Shown here: one piece after another, positions 22,050 to 31,209 of the stretch | Layout: every line of letters starts with the position of its first letter | Numbering within the stretch: the stretch's first letter is position 1 | Assembly: GCA_963850305.1 (NCBI GenBank) | Contig: CAWKKR010000001.1 | Location: 736,001 to 800,000 of the forward strand | Source: an uncultured delta proteobacterium | GTDB lineage: Bacteria; Myxococcota_A; Polyangia; Polyangiales; Polyangiaceae | Length of the DNA: 64,000 nt | Direction of reading: 5' to 3' | Position numbers and translations under genes: made by a program | Notes under the pieces: generated by a model | What the model was told of the DNA's origin: nothing | The model's input: only the letters and a program-made list of their open reading frames with translations | The model's database searches: none

Positions 22050-24847
22050 GAACGAGAGTTCCCGTGATCGAAGAACGAGACGCTTGCACACCGTGCCTGC
22101 AGATCGGCGCGCGGCCGGTCCGGGTTGCGCCATAGCCGAGGTCCGGTTGCGGATCGCTTCCCGAAGCCTCGCTGGGTGAAGAACAGCATCCGTGCTCCCT
22201 CTGGCGAACGCCCTCCGGATGTCCGATCGGTGCCCTCGACGATGGGAACCGGCAGGCGTGGCCGCATTCGCCCGGGAGCGACGGGAAAGTTACGGCGGGT
22301 ATCCCGAGGTGTTCCACTTCATGGCCCGGGGCGCCTGGACGGCGCTCGTCGGTCATCCGCGTGTCTTCGTCGACGACGAGGAGCAGCCGAATCGAGGTGG
22401 CTCGCGGAACGGTGCAGGTCGTCGCGCGCTCGAAAGGGGACGCGTTCGTCGTTGCGCTCGAGCCCGCCGACGTTTCCGACGAAATCACGATCCGCCGCGA
22501 CGGAATCCGGATCGTGGTATTCGATCCCACCGAGGCGGTGCGCGGGCTCGCGCAGATCATCGGCACGGGTCTCACGCTTCCGGAGAGTGGCCGAGCCCGG
22601 GCGCTTGAGGCCCTCGGCGGCATCGCGCACCTGGTGCCCGTACAGAGCTCGGAGCAGAGCAAAGCGCGACGGGGTTCGTCGGATTCGACGCCCTGGGCGC
22701 GGCTCGTGCCGCGGGGCTCAGCGATATCGATCACGGTGACGGTGCGTCCTCTCGGAGGTGGCGGCTCGCACGTCGTGCCCGGGCTCGGCGCAACCACGCT
22801 GCTCGGGCGAGTGAACGGCGAACCCGTCCAGCCCGAGCGTGATCTGAAGGAGGAGCGACGGCTCGTGCGGTCCGTGATCGGAAGCGGTGGGGTTGGCCGA
22901 AGGCGAGGCGCTGGGCAACCCCGTCACGCTTGAGGATCCGGAAGCATGCCTCGAAGCGATCTCCGCGCTTCGTGCGCTCGGCCCGTCTGTTCACGTCGAG
23001 TGGCCTCAGGGTATGCCCCTCAGAATTCGTGGGCGCATCGGGAGGAAAGCACTCCGGGGGCGGCTCACCCAGGGCGTCGACTTCTTCCTGGCGACCGCAA
23101 CGTTCGCCGTCGATGACGACCTGTCTGCCGATCTCGAAGCCCTCCTCGCTCTGGTCGCTGAGCGACCAGGGAAATTCGTGCGTCTGGAGACTGGGGGGTA
23201 CGTGGAGCTTGAGCACGAGCTGCGAGAGTTGCTCGAATCGCTCTCTGCCGTTCGTGCAGAGGGGCGGGCACAGACCCGAGGCGCGGTGATTCCGAAGAGC
23301 GCGATCGGTCTGCTCGACCGGCTCACCGAGGCCGACTCCGGGCTCGCGCTCGACGCGGGAACGGCTCGCTTTCGAGAGCGACTCCTCCAGGTGACCGAGA
23401 AGCGGTTCCGAGTTCCTCGCGGGCTTTCGGCGGAGCTCCGCCCGTACCAGCGCGAAGGGTTCGAGTGGCTGTGCCGCCTCGCCGAACTCGAACTCGGCGC
23501 GTGCCTGGCCGACGACATGGGCCTCGGCAAGACGGTGCAGGCGCTCGCGCTGCTGCTCGCGCGCGCGAAGGAGGGGCCTGCGATGGTGATTGCGCCGACC
23601 AGCGTGTGCCGCAACTGGCAGGACGAGACGTGGCGGTTCGCGCCGTCCCTGGCGGTGCACTGGCTCGCGGACGCGACGGACCGGCCGGCGCGCATCGCGG
23701 CGATGAAGAGCGGCGAGGTGCTGCTCGTCTCGTACGGCCTGCTGGCCGCGTCGGGCGAGGCGATTGGCGCGCAGCGCTTCGCCACGGCCGTCTTCGACGA
23801 GGCCCAGCCCTCAAGAACCCCGACACGCGCCGCGCCGCCGCGGCCCGGCTCGTGCGCGCCGACACCGTCGTCGGCCTCACCGGCACCCCGCTCGAGAACC
23901 ACCTCGGCGAGCTTCACGCGCTCTTCGACGTCTCGCCCCCGGCCTGCTCGGCAGCCGCGAGAAGTTCGCCCGCGCCTTCAGCGGCCCCATCGCCGGCGGC
24001 GACCGGCGCGCGACCACGCAGCTGCGCGCGCTCGTGCGTCCGTTCCTCCTGCGGCGAACCAAGGCCCAGGTGCTCGACGAGCTGCCCGACAAGACCGAGA
24101 TGACACGCGTGGTCGCCACCGAACGACGAGGAGCGGGCCTTCTACGAGGCGCTGCGCCGTCGCGCGGTCGAGCGCGTCGAGCAGGCGGCGGCGACCCGGG
24201 GCCCGCAGGCGCGCATCCAGGTGCTCGCCGAGATCACCAAGCTGCGCCGCGCCGCCATCATCCCGCGGCTGAGTCGCGGGCGACGACGCTCCGGCCGGCG
24301 CCAAGCTCGACGCGCTCGCCGAGCTCGTGGCGGAGCTTCGTGACGAGGGGCACCGCGCGCTCGTCTTCAGCCAGTTCCTCGAGATCCTCGACGGCGCCGG
24401 TGAGCGCCTCGCGGCAGACGGAGCGCGGTGCGTGCGCCTCGACGGGTCGATGAACGCGGCCCAGCGCCGGCCGCGGTCGACGCGTTCCAGGCCGGCCAGG
24501 CCGACGTGTTCCTCCTCAGCCTGCGCGCCGGCGGCCTCGGGATGAACCTGACGGCGGCCGACCTCATCCAGTCCCGTGGTGGAACCCCGCCGTCGAGGAC
24601 CAGGCGACCGACCGCGCGCACCGCATCGGCCAAACGCGGCCCGTCACCGTCGTGCGCCTCGTGACGAGGGCACCATCGAGGAGCGCGTGCTGCGACTGCA
24701 CGCGAGAAGCGCGCGCTCTACGCCGACGCGCTGCTCGACGACACGGCCCGCAGCGCGACGCTCTCCGTCGAAGAACTGCGCACGCTGTTCGACGGCGGAG
24801 TCTTTGAACCAGACGTGTCTCCCCGATCCGTCGGACGGGCTCGGTAG
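22050..24847 (+). pseudogene. SNF2-family helicase/ATPase, no clear start, multiple frameshifts
   Basis: [70 protein letters not shown] across several frames; may be partly sequencing indels. Confidence 0.8.
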
Positions 24848-24981
24848 CCGGGGAGAACGCAGCCGTCCAACGCCAAGGGGGGGCTGACGGGAAATCTGCA
24901 TGTCTCGCCGAGGGCCCTGCCGGCGGAGACGCAGCCGAAGCGTGAAAACGCCCCCATGGCCTGCGTCTGCCGGTCGCTCTA

Positions 24982-26668
24982 GACTAGATCGCGGCGAAAA
25001 ATGCCGCCGGTGAAGCCGGATCCTAGCGTGGGCCGCGCGCGCGATCGAGGCTCGCGCGCGGCGAGGGGCGGAAGTCGACGACTAGGACACGGAAGGGCTG
25101 AATTTCTGGTCGACTGCGCACACCTTCGCGCTGCGCGCGAGTCGCCAGGGACGCGGAAGCGATGGGCGACAGCTACGTCGGGGCGGCGATCAGGTGGCGC
25201 GCGAGGATCAGCAGATTGCAGGCGAGCACCGAGCCTCCGACGTACGCGCGGAACGAAGCGAAGCCGCTCCAGGTGCAGCGGTCGAGGCCGAAGGCGCGCT
25301 TGAGAAAGGATATTCCTGCTTCGATGCCGGCTCGGAAGTGTCGAAGCTTTCGAAAGACCGACGTCGACTTGACCATCTCGGTGATGCGCATGCCGCAGGG
25401 TTTGCTGAAGCCGACGTCCCTGACGCCAAGCGCCTTGATCTCGGCCAGGTTCCTGCGCGACGCGAAGCCGCCGTCGAAGCTCACCTGACGCGGGGGTTTT
25501 CCGAACAGCGCGCAGTGGCTCTCCACCATCTTCGTCGCCAGCGTCACGTCGGCGGGGTTTCCTTTTTCGACGACGACAGTCGTCACCAGTCCCGATGCTC
25601 CCGTCGTGAGGCAGACCTTGTGCCCGTAGACCGCTCCTCGGTTGTCCTTGACGATGATGTCGGTGTGCGGCTCGAAGATCGACACGATCTTGTCCGAGGC
25701 AGGAACTGATTCCCCGCCGAGCACACGACGTTTCGTCTGGTTGATCACGCGCGAAGCGAGATCGCCATAGTGGCGCAGCTCCGCGGCGATGGCGGTCGCG
25801 CGCAGCATCTGCATCATGTCGGTGGCCTTCACGCCATCGAGACGCTCAGCGATCCGCTTCGCCTGCTCCGCGGTTTCCACGGTCACCTTCAAAAGGTCTC
25901 GATAGAGCGGGATTCTTCGCTCCATTCTTTTCGCGGTGAGAATGGCCACCATTCGGCGCTTTGCGCGGCGCCGTCGGTCGTTGAACGACATTCCGAACTC
26001 CTCGCGTGCCGTCTCCATCCCCCGAGCCAGTACGCGCACCGAGTCCCAGAGCAGGGTCGAATCGGTCGGGTCGTGGACATCCGACTCGATGGCAGTGCAG
26101 TCGGTCCGGATCCTGTCGCCGGTCTCAACGCCGGCCGCGACAGCGCTCCGAATAACCATGTCGTTGATTGCCGCCCACGTCTCCGCTCGCACCCGCTTGA
26201 TACTCTTCTGCAGGGTGGACTTCTTCGGTGGACGGTCGCCGATGCCCATGCGACAGAACCACCGGTAGCAGCTGGAGTCGGCGAGGTGGAACGCGAGTTG
26301 GTCGTAGCTGAAGCCATTCATCTGCTTGACGAGCATGGCGCGCAAGACCTGTTCCGCCGGCATGCCCTTGCGTCCGAGCCGCTTCGTCTTCGGGTGGACG
26401 AGATCGGCATGCACGAACTCGGCCGCCAAAGGCATGCAGTCGAGCAGTCCGCTGATCCGTTTCAATTCCTCGGCGTGGGCATGCTCGATGATGGTTGGAA
26501 CGAGCCGGGCTTGAAGGTGTATTCTCTCGCGCATCGAGGTCCTCGTTTTTTCGGTGGTCTTGGCCGACTCCCGACGAAACACGGACCTCGTCCAAATTAT
26601 TTCCATCCTCGCGCGCCACTTCCCCCTTTGTCTTCGCGCACTTCCGAATTTTTCGCCGCGATCTAGAC
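24982..26668 (-). mobile_element. complete IS element (ISNCY/IS5-like), 21-bp terminal IR, TA flanks
   Basis: GACTAGATCGCGGCGAAAAAT (24982-25002) vs ATTTTTCGCCGCGATCTAGAC (26648-26668): one mismatch, inner 19 bp perfect; TA on both outer sides. Confidence 0.9.
25173..26534 (-). CDS. DDE transposase (ISNCY/IS5-like), intact
   Basis: ATG 26534; GRKGMPAEQVLR..SYDQLAFHLADS, RTDCT..PTDSTLLWD, KIVSIFEPHT, SFDGGF, FRAGIEAGISFLKR. Confidence 0.9.
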   Translation of the reverse strand: MRERIHLQARLVPTIIEHAHAEELKRISGLLDCMPLAAEFVHADLVHPKTKRLGRKGMPAEQVLRAMLVKQMNGFSYDQLAFHLADSSCYRWFCRMGIGDRPPKKSTLQKSIKRVRAETWAAINDMVIRSAVAAGVETGDRIRTDCTAIESDVHDPTDSTLLWDSVRVLARGMETAREEFGMSFNDRRRRAKRRMVAILTAKRMERRIPLYRDLLKVTVETAEQAKRIAERLDGVKATDMMQMLRATAIAAELRHYGDLASRVINQTKRRVLGGESVPASDKIVSIFEPHTDIIVKDNRGAVYGHKVCLTTGASGLVTTVVVEKGNPADVTLATKMVESHCALFGKPPRQVSFDGGFASRRNLAEIKALGVRDVGFSKPCGMRITEMVKSTSVFRKLRHFRAGIEAGISFLKRAFGLDRCTWSGFASFRAYVGGSVLACNLLILARHLIAAPT

Positions 26669-26682
26669 TAAGCTGGCGCTCC

Positions 26683-27021
26683 ATGCAGGCCCTCGAAGCC
26701 ACGCTGCCTCCCTTGAAGGAAGATGCCGACGGCGTGCTTCGCGTCGCGGGCACGCGCGTCTCGTTGGACTCCATCGTGGCCGCATTCGACATGGGCGCGA
26801 CGGCCGAGGAAATCGTCGACCGATACCCGTCGGTCGGTCTCGCGAGCGTCTACGAGGTCATCGGCTATGTATTGCGACACCGAGGCGCCATCGACGCGTA
26901 CCTAGCCGATCGCGAGCGTCGGGCTGCGCAGGTCCGGACCGACATTGAAGCGCGCTTCCCGCCGGGTGGGGTTCGCGCTCGCCTGCTCGCTCGGCAGGGC
27001 GGTCCCGGCGCTGCACAATGA
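26683..27021 (+). CDS. DUF433-family antitoxin
   Basis: GVLRVAGTRVSLDSIV..GATAEEIVDRYPSV.LASVYEVIGY. Confidence 0.85.
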   Translation: MQALEATLPPLKEDADGVLRVAGTRVSLDSIVAAFDMGATAEEIVDRYPSVGLASVYEVIGYVLRHRGAIDAYLADRERRAAQVRTDIEARFPPGGVRARLLARQGGPGAAQ

Positions 27022-27371
27022 TTCGCCTCGCTGCGGACGAGGATCTCGACAACGACATCGTGCGAGCCCTGCGCCGGCGCCTGCCCACCGCGGATGTGCT
27101 GCGAGTTCAGGACGCGGGCCTCAGCGGGCACGGCGATCCGGCCGTCCTCGAGTGGGCGGCTACCTCGGGGCGCGTATTGATCACGCATGACGTCTCGACG
27201 ATGACGAAGCACGCCCTCGACCGCTTGCGCGAGGGACGGAGCATGCTTGGCATCATCGTGATCCCTCAGCGAACGGCAATCGGCGCCATCATCGAGGACC
27301 TTGTGCTTCTCGTGACATGCAGCGTGGAGGAGGACCTGGCGGGGCAGGTCCTGTTTCTTCCGCTGCGATGA
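27018..27371 (+). CDS. DUF5615 PIN-like toxin (VapC45-like)
   Basis: LAADEDL..VQDAGLSG..DPAVLEWAA..GRVLITHD; ATGA overlap with the antitoxin. Confidence 0.85.
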   Translation: MIRLAADEDLDNDIVRALRRRLPTADVLRVQDAGLSGHGDPAVLEWAATSGRVLITHDVSTMTKHALDRLREGRSMLGIIVIPQRTAIGAIIEDLVLLVTCSVEEDLAGQVLFLPLR

Positions 27372-27531
27372 GTGGAAGCAATCACGAGGATGCGCTGCTT
27401 ATGCGGTGCTCGGCTGAAGCAGCGGAATGGAGCGATCGTCTCCAATGCTGCGACAGGCCGCGTGGGGAGCTTGACCGGTCCCACTGGCCCTTGAATGGAG
27501 CTACCCTTGGTAGAATGGCCAGTGGAGCGCC

Positions 27532-29065
27532 ATGAGCTGCCGCAGGGAGCTTTCGATGGCGCTATGCGGGTTCGCTGCGGGCTGCGGTGGGCGAAGCGGT
27601 CTCGATGTCCCGGGGGCTGCCGCTTCGGCCAGCAGGGACGTCGCGACGGTTAGCGCCGGCCCCGTCGAAGCCGGCTCGTCGTCGAGCGGCGGCGGAATCC
27701 GGCGGGAGCAGTTCCAGCGGCAGAGGCTCAGCATCAGGCTCGAGCTCCAGTTCCGGCTGGAGTAGCGGGCCCACGAGCGACAGCGGAGACTTCAACGGTG
27801 GGCCCGACCGCGTAGCCACCGGTGATGCTGGTTGCTGCAACGCGAAGACGTGTGCCGACTACCCGGCGGGGACCTGCGGAGCGCAGAGCGACGGTTGCGG
27901 CGGCCTGACCCGGATTTGCGGCACGTGCGTCAGTCCTCAGTCCTGCGGGGGCGGCGGCGAGCTGAGCATCTGCGGAGTCGACCCTACGGAAGCGTTCGTC
28001 TACGTTTGCAATCCGATCACCTGCGCCGCGGTCGGCCCCTGTGGCCCGGCGGCAGACGGATGCGGGGGCGTCCTCATGTGCGGCACCTGTCCGCGGGCCG
28101 CGTACTGCAACGGGGGTGGACCGGACGCTGGACAGACGCGTGTCCCGAGGCTGGTGCTGTTCGGCGGGACCGACACTGGAGCGCCTTACAGCGACGGCGA
28201 CGCTCCCCTTGGCGATACCTGGACCTTCGACGGCGCGAGCTGGACCCGGTTCGACGGGATTGGGCCGACAGCGCGCTACGGCCACGCGATGGCGACGCTC
28301 GGCAACGTCGTCGTGATGTTCGGGGGGCTCGTCCTGACGAGCTACTACGGTGAAGTCGCTCTGGGCAATGACACCTGGACGTTCGACGGTACCCAGTGGC
28401 GGCAGGTCGCTAGCACGGGGCCGTCGCCGCGGTGGGACGCGGCGATGGCGACGCTCGGCAAGCACGTCGTGCTCTTCGGCGGAACCACCTACGGCGGCGA
28501 CGACGCGTATGACGATACGTGGACCTTCGATGGAACGAGCTGGACGCAGGTCACGGGCGCGGGCCCTCCAGGACGCTACAGCGCCGGCCTGACGACGGTG
28601 GGAGGCGAAGTGGTCCTCTTCGGTGGCATCGCCAGTCCCCTCGGCTCCCTCGTCCCCGCGTTCTTCAACGACACGTGGACCTTCGACGGCACGACCTGGA
28701 CCCAGGTGGCGAGCGACTCCGGCTCCTCGCCACACCCCCGGTACGCGCCGGCCATGTCGGCTCTGGGCACCCGTGCCTTACTGTTCGGAGGCACCTACGA
28801 CATGAGCTTCCAGCTCGTATTCGTCGACGACCTCTGGACGTTCGACGGCAGCAGCTGGGGGATGAGCATCTTCGACGCTTCCGCCGGACCGCCAGTACGC
28901 CAGTACCCGTCCGTCGCGACGCTGGGAGGGAGCGTCGTTCTTTTTGGAGGCCAGCACTCCACCTTCCTGAACGACACATGGTCCTACGACGGCTCAAGCT
29001 GGACGCAGGTGAACGTGCCTGGGCCGACGGGGCGCGCGGTCGCGGCGATGGCGGCCTTGCCGTAA
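27532..29065 (+). CDS. lipoprotein with Cys-rich module and Kelch-type beta-propeller (frameshift near N-terminus)
   Basis: FAAGCGGRSGLD lipobox in ORF 27532-27765; CG..SDGCGG modules; six LFGG...DTWTFDG.SW repeats. Confidence 0.8.
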
Positions 29066-29154
29066 CCCTCGGCGGCGCGCGGACCGCTCGCCTTCGCGAG
29101 CGCCTGCGCACCCACGTAGGCCAAGCCACGCGCAATAGTAGAGGATCCGTGCCG

Positions 29155-29279
29155 CTCGCGGTAACCTTGTCGACCCGCTGCACGTACGACGCCTTCTCGC
29201 GCACGAGCTGCTTTCGGATGCGCGTCAGGTCTCGCAACGCTTGCTCGCGTCCGGCGCATCGCGAATGCAAAATCTCCAC
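29155..29279 (-). pseudogene. IS110-family transposase remnant with internal deletion
   Basis: MEILHSRCAG (IS110-type N-terminus) joined directly to ALRDLTRIRKQLVREK..VQRVDKV (coiled-coil region). Confidence 0.7.
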
Positions 29280-29782
29280 GGGCTCGCAGCACCAAGTTCA
29301 ACCGACCTCGATACCGACGCTAAATGAAGAGTAACTTGTCTTGCTCGGTTCACGCGTTGAGCGTGCGGTCGGCTCGACGCGGTCCCCGCTCGTCGGCGGC
29401 TCGGGCTCGCTCTTCGCGCTGCTCGTCGTCGCCGCTACGGTCGACGGCCCGGGGATGCTCGCGTTCGTCACGGTGCTCGTGCTCGCCGTGACGAACATCG
29501 CGCACGCCTTCGGTGCGCCATGCGACGCTGGCGTGAGTTTCGGGTGCCACATCGAGGGCCTCGTCCTCGGAGCGGTCGTCGTCGTGCTGGCGCGCCTGCT
29601 TGGTGGCGATCTCCGCCGTGCTGTCGCTGTCTAAGCCTTGACGATTTTCAGCGGCACGACTTCGCCAGGTACCGTCAGCAGACCGCGCGCCGCGCGGAGG
29701 AGCGACTCGACCTCGGCTCCGGCCCCAACTCGCGCGAGCGCGGCGGCCTGCTCCAGCAGCGAGGCGGCGGCTTTCCGCCGCG

Positions 29783-29804
29783 CGTTGTCCACTTCGTTGT
29801 CCAC
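29783..29804. repeat. 10-bp direct repeat CGTTGTCCAC x2 downstream of the tRNA
   Basis: copies at 29783-29792 and 29795-29804. Confidence 0.6.
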
Positions 29805-29872
29805 CAGCCCCGTCGGCGCGCTCCCCGCCGGCGCGCCGTGCTCCGTGGATTCTTCTTTTATTTCAAGCGGAG

Positions 29873-29955
29873 TGCGAAGGGCGGGACTCGAACCCGCACA
29901 GGAGTAACCCCACTAGCACCTCAAGCTAGCGCGTCTGCCATTCCGCCACCTTCGC
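29873..29955 (-). tRNA. tRNA-Leu (GAG)
   Basis: GCGAAGGTGGCGGAATGGCAGACGCGCTAGCTT-GAG-GTGCTAG..long variable arm..GGTTCGAGTCCCGCCCTTCGCA; CCA not encoded. Confidence 0.95.
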
Positions 29956-29987
29956 GTGGGGCCGGGCTTGGACGCCCGGGGTCCCGG

Positions 29988-30015
29988 AAAGTAGGCGGTC
30001 GCGCATCAAAGTCAA
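29988..30015 (-). promoter_or_regulatory. sigma70-type promoter for tRNA-Leu
   Basis: TTGACT-N16-TACTTT about 30 nt upstream of the tRNA. Confidence 0.6.
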
Positions 30016-30042
30016 GCGGATGCGTCGGGCAACGGGTGGGAA

Positions 30043-31197
30043 TCAGACGGTGGTCTGAGCGATCACCGTGAGGGCTTCCACAATCTCCCGAACCTCGAAG
30101 GGCTTCCGCACCCACGCGGCGATGTTTGGCGCGGCCACGTTGGGCGCCACGGAGCCGCTGATGATGACGACGGGGCATCCAGGGCAACGCTGCTCGATGG
30201 CCGCCAGTACGCTCCCGGGGTTCGTACCGAGCGGCGAGAGGTCGAGGAGGAGGACGTCGAAGACGCCTTGCTGCAGCAGGGCCGTTAGGTCTCCAAGGGA
30301 GCCGGCGTTGCAGACGACGGCTCCCCGCGCAGTGAGCCCGACTTCGACCAGGGTCTGAACGGCCTGGTCATCTTCGAGGACGAGGACGCGCATGCCGTCG
30401 AGGGCGGGCGGAGGGATGCTGCGGTATGCACGCGACGGAGCGTCTCCCACCGGCCAGTCGAGGACGAACTCGCTGCCGGTCGACGCGGTACGACCCAGGA
30501 ACAGACGCCCGCCGTGAGCATCCGCCAGGGACCGTGCGTGGCGCAGACCGATGCCCGCGCCGCCGGGTCGCGTGGAGTCGGGTGACTGGAACAACGACGG
30601 CACACGCGCGGGCTCGATGCCCGGTCCGCCATCGACGACTCGAAAGCGCATGTGGTCGTCGGACGCCTCGACCGCGAGAACCACCGCGCCACCCGCCGGC
30701 GTGAAGTGAACGGCATTGAGTAGCAGGTTGATGAGAATCTGTTGCGCGACGTGCGCGGAATTGACGAGCAGATCGTTCGTCGCATGATCATCGACTCGAA
30801 CGCGAACGGAGCGGCGGGCGGCTTCCTGACCGACGCCGAGCAGCGCGTCGCGGGCCACGGAGAGCGCACTTCGCGCGATATTGCCGCCGTCGATCTCGGC
30901 GCCGATGGCGCGACGTGCGATGTCGTGGCCCAGCCGCGCGTGCGAAAGCGCGACGTCGATCGCGTCGTGCGCCGCGCCCTTCGGTACCTGGTCCTTCGCG
31001 GCGTCGAGCCAGCCGAGCACGACGGTGAGCGTGTTCGATACTTCATGCAGCGCGCCGGCGAGATCTTCGCCAACTCCCTTTGGTGGGGATGCGTGCTCCG
31101 GCCGAACACGTTTCACGGCAGACACACTATTACAGCGGAGCACGATGAACCAGTGGCTGGTTACATCTTCTCTAGTAGACCCTGGCGGGCGCTCCAC
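30043..31197 (-). CDS. hybrid histidine kinase/response regulator with little or no sensor domain
   Basis: H-box LHEVSNTL, N-box QQILINLLLNA, DGGPGI, GAGIGL; REC VLVLEDD..LLLDL..VRKPF; start probably ~31111. Confidence 0.9.
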   Translation of the reverse strand: MERPPGSTREDVTSHWFIVLRCNSVSAVKRVRPEHASPPKGVGEDLAGALHEVSNTLTVVLGWLDAAKDQVPKGAAHDAIDVALSHARLGHDIARRAIGAEIDGGNIARSALSVARDALLGVGQEAARRSVRVRVDDHATNDLLVNSAHVAQQILINLLLNAVHFTPAGGAVVLAVEASDDHMRFRVVDGGPGIEPARVPSLFQSPDSTRPGGAGIGLRHARSLADAHGGRLFLGRTASTGSEFVLDWPVGDAPSRAYRSIPPPALDGMRVLVLEDDQAVQTLVEVGLTARGAVVCNAGSLGDLTALLQQGVFDVLLLDLSPLGTNPGSVLAAIEQRCPGCPVVIISGSVAPNVAAPNIAAWVRKPFEVREIVEALTVIAQTTV

Positions 31198-31209
31198 CGA
31201 CGCGGCGCA

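Noticed and set aside
26535..26792. N-terminal extensions of the transposase and antitoxin ORFs in the track
   Set aside because: They cross the IS end; the real starts are 26534 (-) and 26683 (+)
29341..29634. Hydrophobic 97-aa ORF
   Set aside because: Weak TTG start, no RBS, no recognisable family; cannot be supported as a gene
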